The position numbers and the translations under genes were made by a program. The notes beneath the pieces are model-generated. The model saw only the letters and a list, made by a program, of their open reading frames with translations, ran no database searches and was not told the origin of the DNA. A DNA stretch of 64,000 bases, from NCBI GenBank assembly GCA_012295275.1, contig CM022670.1, positions 33,480,001-33,544,000 on the forward strand. Reading direction: 5' to 3'. This DNA is from Chrysomallon squamiferum. Its lineage: Eukaryota; Animalia; Mollusca. This document shows, in pieces, positions 22,328-64,000 of the stretch. Positions within the stretch are counted from its first letter, which is position 1; each line of letters starts with the position of its first letter.

Positions 22328-24659
22328 GTTTGTGTGTGTGTCTCTCTATTTCTTGCTATGTTTTGTGTTTCTGGAACCAGCAAATGATATCAATCACAGC
22401 CACAATATCTGTTAGTGCAGAACTTCTTCTTGGTGGTTGATCAAGTGAAAGTAATAACATTAAATCACTTTCAAACGTTATTTTAATAAACGTGCTTGCG
22501 CTATAAGCACAACCAAATATCTTCCCAAGTGACAAAGGAACCTCGTGTTCCTTTCATAATTTGACTGAGAGTAAAGCTAGGAGGTAGAACTGTATTAATA
22601 ATAAATACTAAACTGAATTTTCAAACTAGAAGATTCACTCATTTTATTTAATTCCTATTTCAGAAACATTCTGCAGTGTCATACAGGAACTCATAACTTT
22701 TTACCAATAGAAAAAAGCTAAAGAATAACACACAAGTATTTGTTAGTCATTTATAACTGATATTTACAGTCGATGAGATACTTCTGCGGAGTGAAGTTTA
22801 TACCTGTGGCCATTCAGGTCCTTGTATTAATCTTGAGAATTAAATTCATTATAATTAACTCAGCAGTGACAACAATCAATACACCTACATGTTCTCAGTG
22901 AAGCGTATTGATGTATTATTTCCTAAGTAAAGGAAAAACAAAAATTAATGCAATAATTAGTTGAAATTTAATCATAATTGATGTAGAAATAGTGAAATAA
23001 AATAGCGGATATTATCTTCTTTTTTTTTTTTTCTTTTTTTTAAAAGACATAATGATGACAATACTGGTAAACTGTATTGAATGATAAATATTTGAACAAA
23101 TCTTTAATGATATATTCTGCTAATAACTTGTTATTAATTTGTTTTTGTGCAAGGAACAGTGGAATGAACAAACCTATTCTCGCCACCTCAAAGTTTTATA
23201 ATGCTAAAGAACAACATTGGACCTTGTAAATGGAACTTTCTAAACAACATACACACCATAACTTTTAAATGAATATTTTTAAAGAACATATAAACCATAA
23301 CTTTTAAATAAATCTTTCAAAATTACATACACGTCATAACATTTGTAAGACGTTGTGGAACGAGTAATAGTCAAATGTACTTACTGAGGATATATTGTCA
23401 ATACTTTATTAATAACAAAGATGGATGGCCTGTAACAAACAGAAGAATCATTTGGAAGTAAATAAAATATATTTAGATAGTTCATTCGCAAAACGTCAGC
23501 TACCTTTCAACGTTTCAAAGCAGAATTAAAACAAACAAACAAACAAATAAAAAATAATAAATAAAAAATAAATCAAATAAATAAATGTGAATCCTAAAAC
23601 TAAACAATATAAAAACAAGTCAAACAGTTTAACAGCCTTTATGCCAGTCACCCCAAAAGGTCATTCATTACATATAGCTTAAAATAATGTCCACAGAAGA
23701 AAAAAAAAAAGAAAAAAAGAAGCGAAATTCGTTAAGTGCTTTCTACAAACACGTGTTTATAATAATAATTATAAAGACGTATTTCTATGGTACAGTCAGA
23801 GAATAACGGTGCTATAGTTAAACTCTGCCACAAGCTGGAAGAAAACCAAGATCCATTGTGTTGTTTATTTTGTGATATCGTCGTGGGAGACACGCTGAAA
23901 ATAATGCTGGCTGTCATTCGAGACATACTGCTTTTAAGGCACATTTCCAGTCGTCAAGTGATAGTCAAGGTCCAGCGTAATTTCATACCCGTTTATTTCA
24001 GAGAAAGAGCAGACTGGAGCGATACATGAAAGTTTAACAACATGACTGATTGGTTTGTGGAAAATAGAATACTTATATACCTTTGAACGTATTTATCCAT
24101 CTTTTAGTTCATCCATTCATACATACATACATATATAGATACATATAAAGATACAAATATATATATACATACACATACATACATATATACATTAGTGAAA
24201 ACGTGCATAAATATATACACATAAGCATACATATGTATATATATATATATATTTATTTAAAGTAATCAGTTTTTAAACTGAATAATTGCATACTGAATGT
24301 AATAACAATTACAAATTGAACATTATGAACAGCATACAGTGCATATAATACATAAGCACATAAACACACACACACACACAAACACACACACATGCTGAAG
24401 TATTTGTTTGTTGACTTTGCGGAAAGGATTTCAAAAAGAAGTGTTTTGAGATTCGGCTAAAGATAAATACACTAGACAAAGTAAACATAAAAATTTCTCC
24501 AGAAAAAAAAAGAAGAAATGTATGAAATTAAGTATTACTTTCGGAAATTAACTAACAAGCACTCAACCACTCAGTATTTTCAACAACAATACTTTACATA
24601 AACAAACCACTAACGTAAGTAAACATCCATTACACATAACGGTATTCGATCTTGAACTG

Positions 24660-25320
24660 GATGGAGTGAGGGAAAAACTAACTGGGGTGGGGGCAGTGCC
24701 TTGTGGGGTTGGGGCAGTGCCGTTGGGGTTGGGGGTAGTGCTAGTTACGTCTGATGGTAATTTAGGCAGTGTGACGGTAAATAACGGTATATGTACTCTG
24801 TATCACTCAGCCGCATTAACCAGTAATCGCCATGGATTTTACCGATCTTTACGAAAACACACAAAGCTTTTACTGTGATCGATAAATCGCAATGTGACAG
24901 CACATTTACAGCGATCATACTCAGACCTCAGTCACCGCGTTACGAGTCTTTAAATCACGTCTTGCATAGTCTGACATGGTCTTGCACGGCCCCGAAATCT
25001 CATTACATACGGAATACCCATGAAAAGGTGAACCGTGTTATTGCAAGGGTCAGCTGGTGTGAAAAATCAATGGGCGGATTTCATTGGATACCATTCACTT
25101 ACTGTAGCCGTACGTATAAACGTATAAGACGTATATGCGTACGTTCCAGTGGTCATGACGCAAGTTGTGGTCTTGCTCTGCAGGGTGTGGTCAGTGAGGC
25201 TTTATTTAACTTTGTCATCGAGTGTGCACGTGTGGTCAGTGTTACAATAGAGTCGACGTTAAATTTAGTTCACTAAGAGATGGATACCTGAAGATAGGGG
25301 AGTCTCGTACTGAAGGTAAG
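24660..25320 (+). promoter_or_regulatory. CpG-enriched region; candidate promoter and non-coding first exon of the PDE10A gene (donor at 25316)
   Basis: Locally raised GC/CpG content, a G-tract repeat, CACGTG and TGACG motifs, ending in a strong donor AAG|gtaagc at 25315/25316. The exon at 31048 has a strong acceptor that needs an upstream donor. Confidence 0.45.
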
Positions 25321-25382
25321 CTTTTCTTTAATAATAATAATAATAATAAATAATAATAATAATAATTAGAATAATAGTAATT

Positions 25383-25434
<52 letters not shown>

Positions 25435-25442
25435 TGATGATG

Positions 25443-25482
<40 letters not shown>

Positions 25483-26306
25483 CAACAGTAGTTAATAATA
25501 ACAATAATAATACTAGTAGTAGTAGTAGTTAATAATAATAATAACTGTAGCAGCAGTAGTAGTAGTGGAGGAATTAATCCATCCATTCATATATAAAGAA
25601 CATGCGTTCGTACGCACTAACGTACTTACGTAGATACACATATACATGAATGCAAGCATGCACATAACTAAAATTACAAATAATAATAAATCGAACAATT
25701 AAAAAAATAAAAATAAAAAATAAAATAAAATAAAATAAATAAATAAGTAAATAAATAAATAAATAGATAAATAAATAAATAAATAAATAATTTACTTTCA
25801 CATAACATTAAAAAAAAATGTATTTTGAAATTTACGAAAGAAAAGTATTATGTTTTGAAAGTCAACACCTTTTTACACTTTGTACAAAATGGAAAAATAT
25901 AACAACAAAAATAATAAAAGCCTCTAAATAACAGTTAACATACAGAAATCACAGATTAATTTCTTCGGTTATTCGTTAATGTCTAGTATATAACATTTTC
26001 AGGAATATTTAATTAATCAGAAAAGACATGAATTAATAATAAATAATTATATAGGTCTGTGTGTGTGCGTGTGTGTGTGCAGATATATTTTGTTTTCTTG
26101 GTTATTTAAGTAATCCGTATTTAAGTAATAGGTAATTTTGGTAGGTGGAACATGTTTACATTTGTTTATTTACTTGTGTTTAATTGTTGCTACTGGTGGA
26201 TATTAATAAGGTTTCTAATGCCTAAGTTTGCCACTTGTGATTTCGTAAAGTACGGCTTAATAAATATATGTATATGAAGGACTGATACATACGTGCTTAC
26301 GTATTT

Positions 26307-26355
<49 letters not shown>

Positions 26356-27774
26356 AGTATTGTAACTGTGTTCAACTAAATCCTTGATATAAAATCAAAA
26401 TCAATAAAAGTATTAATCGGATGGCATCAATAGTTAAGTTTTGAATATAATTTTTTTTTTTTTTTTTTTTTTCAATTTATGTTAATTTCTAATAATTTAA
26501 AAATAAGAAGAGAAAAATATTATAACAACAACAATTACTGAAAAAAATCCAGAAATATTTATTATTGTGTTATAAACCTTGACATAAGGTAAATAAATTA
26601 TAAAACTGTCCCTAAATGATACTCATGTTTGTTATGGTTTGAATACGTTCTTAACATTTTTACTACGTTAAGAAAACTGCTTTAAGAGCAGGTCAGTAAA
26701 TACCGATTTATTACTGACCTCAATAGCACACGAAAGGTCATTTGGGTTTGACCTGCACATGGAAGAATAATAACAGATAAAGCTGAATGCCAAATAATAT
26801 TTACCGTTGACATTGTGAAACCACTTGGAACAGAAGCTTACTGAAAGTAACAGACGACTTTCCACAGCGAGAAAGATCAAATACGTGCGTCATATATCAT
26901 ATTATAGATTGTGTTAGGTGTGTATACTGAACATTAACACAGGATAGCAGGGGTGCTGGGAAGTTTGTCGCAAGAGAGGTAGAGAAAAAATGGTTTATGT
27001 GTGTGTGCGTGTGCGTGTGCATGAGCGTGTGTGTATGTGAGTGTGTTAGAAAAAATAGGAAAAGACGTAAAGAAACAGAGGAAGGCATAAAAAGAAAGAG
27101 ATGACAGAAAGATTGAGAATGATAGAAAGAGGTGTAAGAATTTTTACTATAAAATAAAAATACATAGGCAGAATATAATCAATCATTTTTATTAAAATCT
27201 TATAACTAATAATAATAGTAATAACAATAAACAGCTTTGGGAGAAGTACGGTAGAACGGGAAATAGCGCAAGCAGAAATGCTTCTGCGATATAAGACGTA
27301 AGGTCAACTTCAGAACAGTCAAACTATAAGACGCATACATTAATGACAACGTCCAACAGTTCAAAAGGTCACTCAATATTTAGTGAAGTTTAACATCTTG
27401 TAAATCAAGTTAAACTGTTAATGGTAATTGTAATATTCACGTCATGATTTTACAACAGCACGACATTTATGACCTTATAACTCACAAAAGGTGAAAACGT
27501 CTTGAGCTACGTTTGAAGGAACTCTTCACCTATCAGCTACATTGTTAATCGGCAGCTGAGTAGACTGTGTAATAATCTGTAAATACTAAAACAAATTCGT
27601 GACGAGCGATTTACGTTGACAGTCTCGTGCATAGGGTACAAGGTTGAGATTAGCTTGACGTATACGATACTTATTAACTAACACAATGACACGATCGTAT
27701 TTCTTCATGACTGTCTCAGTATTCGGTGTGTTATAAAGCAATGATGATGTTTACATTTGAACGTGTGATATCAG

Positions 27775-28360
27775 AATTTATATTACCTTGATTTTCTATC
27801 AGGTATCTAAATAACTGTTAAGATTATGCAGTCTCGAGATTTAAACTGTCGATAATTTATTATCTTGATTTCCTATCAAATATCTAAATGAGATAAACGC
27901 AATAACCAAATTTAAGAGTTAGTAATTTATATGATCTTGATTTTTTTGGACAAAAATCTGTCGTATTCTCCATATGTAAACTGCTAATAGTTTGTTATTG
28001 AGTATCTAAATAACTGTTAATATTAAAGCATTCTCAAGATTTACAATTGTTGATAATTTATATAAATTTAATTTTCTATCAGTTATCTAAATAACTGTTA
28101 AGATTAACATATTCTCAAGAATTAAGCTGTTGATAATTTATATTATATTGATTTTGTATGGAATATCTAAATAACTGTTCAGATTAAGGCAATCTCGAAA
28201 TCAAAACTGTTAATAATATATTACCTTGATTTCTTATCAAATTTCTAACATACCAAATTCCCAGATAATGGTTACATTTAGCGCAGTTTCAAGATTTAAG
28301 CTGTTATTAATTTACGTTATCTTGATTTTTGTTTATCTGTACTGTTAAGATTAACACAGT
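27775..28360. repeat. Diverged ~80-bp tandem repeat (~7 copies)
   Basis: Recurring TATCTAAATAACTGTTAAGATT...GATAATTTATATTATCTTGATTTT at ~27803, 27880, 28002, 28084, 28164 and later. Confidence 0.75.
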
Positions 28361-29415
28361 CTCTTGTTTGCGAAAGTTAAACATTTGCTCACTGATTTCG
28401 AATTATTTACAGATAACGCATTTAGTCATTAATTTACGTGTTTGGTTACTTTTCTTTTCCCTTTAAATGTTTGCTCTGGAACTGGTTTGACTCTCAGAAT
28501 GTTTGATTATAATTTGCTATCGTTTAATGACCCATTTTTCATTACGTCATAAGATTCGTTGAAAGAAAGACGTCACAAAGTTAACTCTTAGTTAGGAACG
28601 CTAACTCTTATTTGAGTTTTGAAGATTCAATACAACATACATTTTGTCAGTGTCCGATGATGTTGCTGCTGTAATAAACTGATAGAAATTTGCGAAGGCA
28701 TAAAAAATCACCTTAATGGAAAGGAATAAAGGCTGGCTCGATAAACAAACGATTGACGAATCGTAGGATCTTTCCATCACACTGTTTTTATTTTGATGTC
28801 TTCAGTAATATACGTCTTCTACGATCACTTATCAAAGCTGTCTTATCCTCTTTTCCCTTCTGTGGGAATACAAATTGCCTTTTTGCTATGCGGAAAAAAA
28901 AAAGTTAATTAATTTACAAGTTCGGTAACTTTTCTTTTCTCTTTAAATGTTTTTGTACTAGAAGTGGTTTGACTGTCAAGTTGAATGATTATAATTTGCT
29001 ATCTTAAGATGAACAACAACAACTACAACAACAAAATTATTTTGTGTATTGTGTATATAGGTGAGGTTTTGTTACTGTTTGTACACTTTGTATTAATTTC
29101 TCTGTCTGTCTATCGCCAGGAAAAAAAAAAAAAAAAAAAAAGAATTAAATAATCAACTAAAAACTGATTAGCAGTTCTGTAGTCTTAATATTTTCATGTT
29201 CTTTGACTCTAGTATAATTTGTAATTTTATATATTTCTGCTTCAGCATTGCTGTTATTTTTATGCCTATCGATTTCAGTATATTTGTAATTTTATACATT
29301 TTCTACTCTACTATGGTTTGTATTTTTAATTAAATAATCTATTTTTGCTTTTTCATCTTGTAGATCCAAGCAACCAAAAATAACCGGTTCCTTTTAATTG
29401 ACTTTGCATGATATT

Positions 29416-29446
<31 letters not shown>

Positions 29447-29619
29447 CCAGTAGCGTGACGGGTGATAGCCTCTCTATTGTTAAAATAGAGAGTATTAAGA
29501 ACTCTCCTCATTAGTCATCTACATAAACAAATAAGTAGCTCTAGTATTATATATCAACATGCTGGAGATGGTTGCTATGGACTGCCATGTCCAAAGTAAT
29601 AATATGAATGCAGTCAGGA

Positions 29620-30290
29620 ACAGATAATGAAACATTATAATCGTTTTGAATTTTCTAAACATATGCAGAAATAACAGATATAAAGTCATGAGGAGAAGGT
29701 TTCATTATATTCATTTTGAACTTTGTAAAAGTTTTACTTTAATAACGTGTACACAAAGAAGAGAAGATAACACTTCATTAATTCATTTTCAACTTTCTAA
29801 ATTTCTACTGTAAAACCGTCAGTATAGTCAAGAGAAGATAACGTTTAATTATATTCGTTTTAGAGTTTCTAAACATCTAAATATGTGTTGTTTACAGTCA
29901 GTAGAAAATAACGTTTAATTATATTCGTTTTGAACTTTCTAAACATCTAAATATCTATTGTTTACAGTCAGTAGAAAATAACGTTTAATTATATTCGTTT
30001 TGAACTTTCTAAACATCTAAATATCTATTGTTTACAGTCAGTAGAAGATAACGTTTAATTATATTCGTTTTGAACTTTCTAAACATCTTTAGTAATAACC
30101 TTTTTACAGTCAAGAGAGAACAACGTTTCATTATATTAGTAGAACATTCTAGGTAATAACGTGAATGTAGTACAGAGATGTAAAATATTTCATTATTTTC
30201 GTTTTGAACTTTCACAAATATCCATGGTAATAACGAATAATAAGTAGAGTGGAGATAAAGTTCATTATTTTCGTTCTGTTCTTTCTCAGA
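29620..30290. repeat. 70-bp minisatellite (~10 copies; central copies near-identical, flanks diverged)
   Basis: Unit AACGTTTAATTATATTCGTTTTGAACTTTCTAAACATCTAAATATCTATTGTTTACAGTCAGTAGAAAAT with a 70-nt period. Confidence 0.85.
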
Positions 30291-31109
30291 AATTCTAAAT
30301 GAAATTAATATTTAATTTGTTATCTTTTAAATATTCAAGCTGAATTTCAATATGCAATACGGTGTCCCAAAAGTTTTTCTTATTTAACATAATTATTATA
30401 ATTTCAAAAAAAAATTGAATATTGCTAAAATAACTCATGAAAAAAATATCCTTCTCCACCCACCAAAAAACAAAAATAAATAAATAAATAAATAAAATAA
30501 TAAAGATTTTGTTTTAAAAATAATAAAAGAAAAAATAACGTTATTTGAAAAATAAAAATAATTAATAAAAGAAAATTGTATATCAGATACTATCAAGGGA
30601 ATAATGGAATTATTTTCTTCAAATATCACATACGGAATAAACCTATTACATGAACACAGCTGAGCGAAAGAAAATGAGTAAGATTTAATGAAAGTGTATC
30701 AGAAAACCCAGTCATCTTAATTCATTTCAACCTGCTGCGCCAGAAGCCTATTTATAATTCTAAACCTGGATACGTCAATAGAAAACATTTTTTGTTACGA
30801 AAAATTGAATTGTTAGGAACATATGAACTTTTTCTTTTGTCAGAAATAAAGTATTAGCCATTTTGTTCTTTCAGGGTTTTTTTCATCGATAATGACAAGA
30901 TGTAGCTCTTTTGACTGCATGCCCGTGGGGGTTTATATAAATATACAATGTAGACTAATGTAATGTTATTTTGAGTTTTATTTAATTATTTTATTTTATT
31001 TTTTTTTTTTATTATTATTAATTTTTTTTTTTTTTTTTTTTTTACAGAATTTGGTATGTCCTCAAAAGTAGGACGTTTCAAAGCTGTGATTTTTCAGTGA
31101 TCGGTCGCA

Positions 31110-61567
<30,458 letters not shown>

Positions 61568-62154
61568 GTTTGAAGTTTGGGGCCGGAGTTGTTTTTGTTT
61601 TTTTTACCTTCTTCCCTTCACTAACCTAGCTTAACCATTTTTGTTGACGCAGTGATGATTTCCATTCGTTTGAATTTTTATTTTTGTTTTTAGTTTAGTA
61701 TTTAATGAGAGAGAATGAGATAGAGATTTGCAGGTTCCAGAACTGATGTTGGGTTGTGGACTCCACTGGTTGAAACATATCAGCAAATGTTCACTGATTT
61801 TTCTTTTTCAAAGGAATGTGAATTCTAACACGGCTTTAGCTTTGTGAAATACTAAATATACTTTTCTGCATAGTAAATGAGAAGTTGTAATTAATCTGTT
61901 ATGGTAAGTCAGATTTTGAAAAAACTGAAGTTAGTTCCATACTTGTAACTCGGTAGATTTTTTTTTGTTTTTGTTTTTTAAATTATTATTATTGTTATTT
62001 CTTTGTGATTTTGGTTAGTTTTCCCCTTAATTTCGTTTCTCAACTTTTCTTTCTGTCTATCGTATAATTTGTTCTTTTTCTTTCTCCATTTTTTTCATCT
62101 TTCCCTTTAATTTCCTTCTTTCCTTCCTTTTCTTTCCTTATTCTTACTTACATA

Positions 62155-62395
62155 CGTCGTAATTTGTAAATATGTACTCACTTTACATAAACAAATCTTT
62201 GAAATTTAAACTAAAATTATGACGTAATTTTTAAATATGAACTCATTTTACATGAACAAACTTTTCAGACTTGTAAATATGACGTAATTTGTAAATAAGT
62301 ACTCATTTTTAAATAAAGAACATTTTTTAATTCAAAGTTATACATGACGTAATTTGTAAGTATGACCTCATTTTAAGTAATGAAACCTTTCGAAC
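62155..62395. repeat. Diverged ~60-66-bp tandem repeat (4 copies)
   Basis: GACGTAATTTGTAAATA..ACTCATTTT at ~62157, 62221, 62281, 62347. Confidence 0.75.
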
Positions 62396-63224
62396 TTAAT
62401 TTCACATGGAAACACTCAAGCAGTAATTTTTATCTGCAGATCTTTTAAAAACATTTTCGTTTACGATTATATTTTCAAAAATCTCATTATTAATTCAATA
62501 AAAAGGGTCAGAAGTAAAAAGAAAATACAATAATTTTTACTTGCAATTAAAAGCACGTAACAAGAGCCAATTCCAAATTAACAAAATGCCTGCAGAATTA
62601 CTTTTTGTAATACATTTTTGATATTTAAAACGAAATTAGTTTTTAAAAATTTATTTATGTTTAATTTACGGTATTATTTAATTTAATCAGAAATTTTTAG
62701 GTTTAGCATGGTTTGTATATTTATTTTCGAGTTTTATGTTTCTGTTATTTTATTATATATCATACCAAAATCAGTAATAATGATTAACTTTCTACTTTAC
62801 CTTAACTTTTAACCCTTGAATGATTTTGTTTGCTGATCCTTGTTTTTCCTATGTTTTGTTTTGTTTTGAATAATAAAACATAATCAATCTGTGTTTGGTT
62901 TCAGTTAGATTGGCATTTTTTAATGGTGCCATTGTTTTGTTAAATTCTGTTGACAGTCACATAGTAGTTTTGTTTATTCTGTCTGTAAAATAGAAAACCT
63001 GTGACCATTTATACATTTATACATGACACATTTATGCTGTTGTTTCGTTTAGATTATTTATATAAGATTTCATGACATATATATATATATATGTATATTC
63101 AATTTATATACATACATACACATCTACCTACATACCTATCTAATTACAGACACACACACACAAACACACATACGCACACACACACATACACACACAAACA
63201 CATATATATACTCTTTAAAAATGT

Positions 63225-63830
63225 GTACAGGTTATTTATATAAGATATCAATTTTAAATATGTATGATGCATTTAGATTATTTATGTAAAATAGCATTTC
63301 AAAATAAGAATAAGTTATTTATGTATTTACATTATTTGTCTAAGATATCTTAGAAATACGTGTAACAAATTTATTTAGGTTATTTGTATAAGATATTACA
63401 TAAACACATGCATAACATATTTATATTATTTATGTACAATATCATTTGAAAATATACATTACGTATTAATTTTATTTAAGTTAAATATCACACACAAAGA
63501 TGTATAAGATGATTTGTTGACAACTATATATATTTATTTTATTTATGCAAGATTATACTTGGAAATGTATATAACGTATATAGGTTATATATGTTTGATA
63601 GAACTTGTTACATGTTTAACATATATTATTAGTGTAAGATATCGCTTGGGAATGTATGATATGTAGGTTTTTTATGTAAGCTATTTTTGGAAACCTGTGT
63701 AACATATTTAGATTATTTATGTATAATGATACATGGATACATAAATCCACTAAAGGTTTATTTATTTCTACTACAAAGTATTGTTTTTAAACAGTATAAG
63801 ATTTTCCAAAGATGCTTATATAATAATTAA
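63225..63830. repeat. Highly diverged AT-rich tandem repeat
   Basis: Recurring TTTAGATTATTTATGTA..AGATAT-like blocks. Confidence 0.55.
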
Positions 63831-64000
63831 ATTTAATATTATTTTTCTTTTTATTGTGTCTGTGTTTGTATGTATGTTTATTTTAATTTATTTTATATTA
63901 TTTTACTAAATATTGTTATCAGTATTCATTTTTACAGCTTCTTTTGTCACAGTTTTAGAAAATTTATCAAATAGCTTTATTGTAAAAAAATGTGTGTTTC

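Noticed and set aside
24875-25276. 133-aa ORF in the GC-richer region
   Set aside because: Non-ATG start, no recognisable motif; openness is explained by local GC content of a probable promoter/5'UTR.

Overview
AT-rich, intron-rich animal genomic DNA dense in microsatellites [(AG)n, (AC)n, (AAT)n, (TATG)n]. It is most consistent with a mollusc, probably an octopod cephalopod; this is inferred from the repeat profile and SINE fragments, not proven. Most ORFs in the supplied track are simple-repeat artefacts, so I rebuilt the genes exon by exon from GT/AG sites and reading phase. (1) A head-to-head pair of paralogous secreted modular-protein genes has start codons only ~1.15 kb apart. Gene A (minus strand, 4833 to <165) runs off the left edge. 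Gene B (plus strand, 5982-19568) is complete, with 20 exons and ~1040 aa. The shared architecture is signal peptide, acidic F-D/N-F repeat region, RVKR, two conserved helical blocks (including an identical [16 protein letters not shown]), EGF, a tandem Ca-binding EGF array and CCP/sushi. Gene B continues kringle-CCP-kringle, with no protease or transmembrane domain. Each gene carries one apparently broken EGF exon. (2) The 5' half of a PDE10A-type cyclic-nucleotide phosphodiesterase gene lies on the plus strand (~25.3 kb/31110 to >61567). It has several alternative first coding exons and two pairs of duplicated, probably mutually exclusive exons, one in GAF-A and one in GAF-B. Both pairs are flanked by complementary intronic segments that could form competing RNA structures. 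Also present are a Tigger/pogo-like MITE, SINE remnants, several minisatellites, hairpins and a G-quadruplex repeat in the putative PDE promoter.
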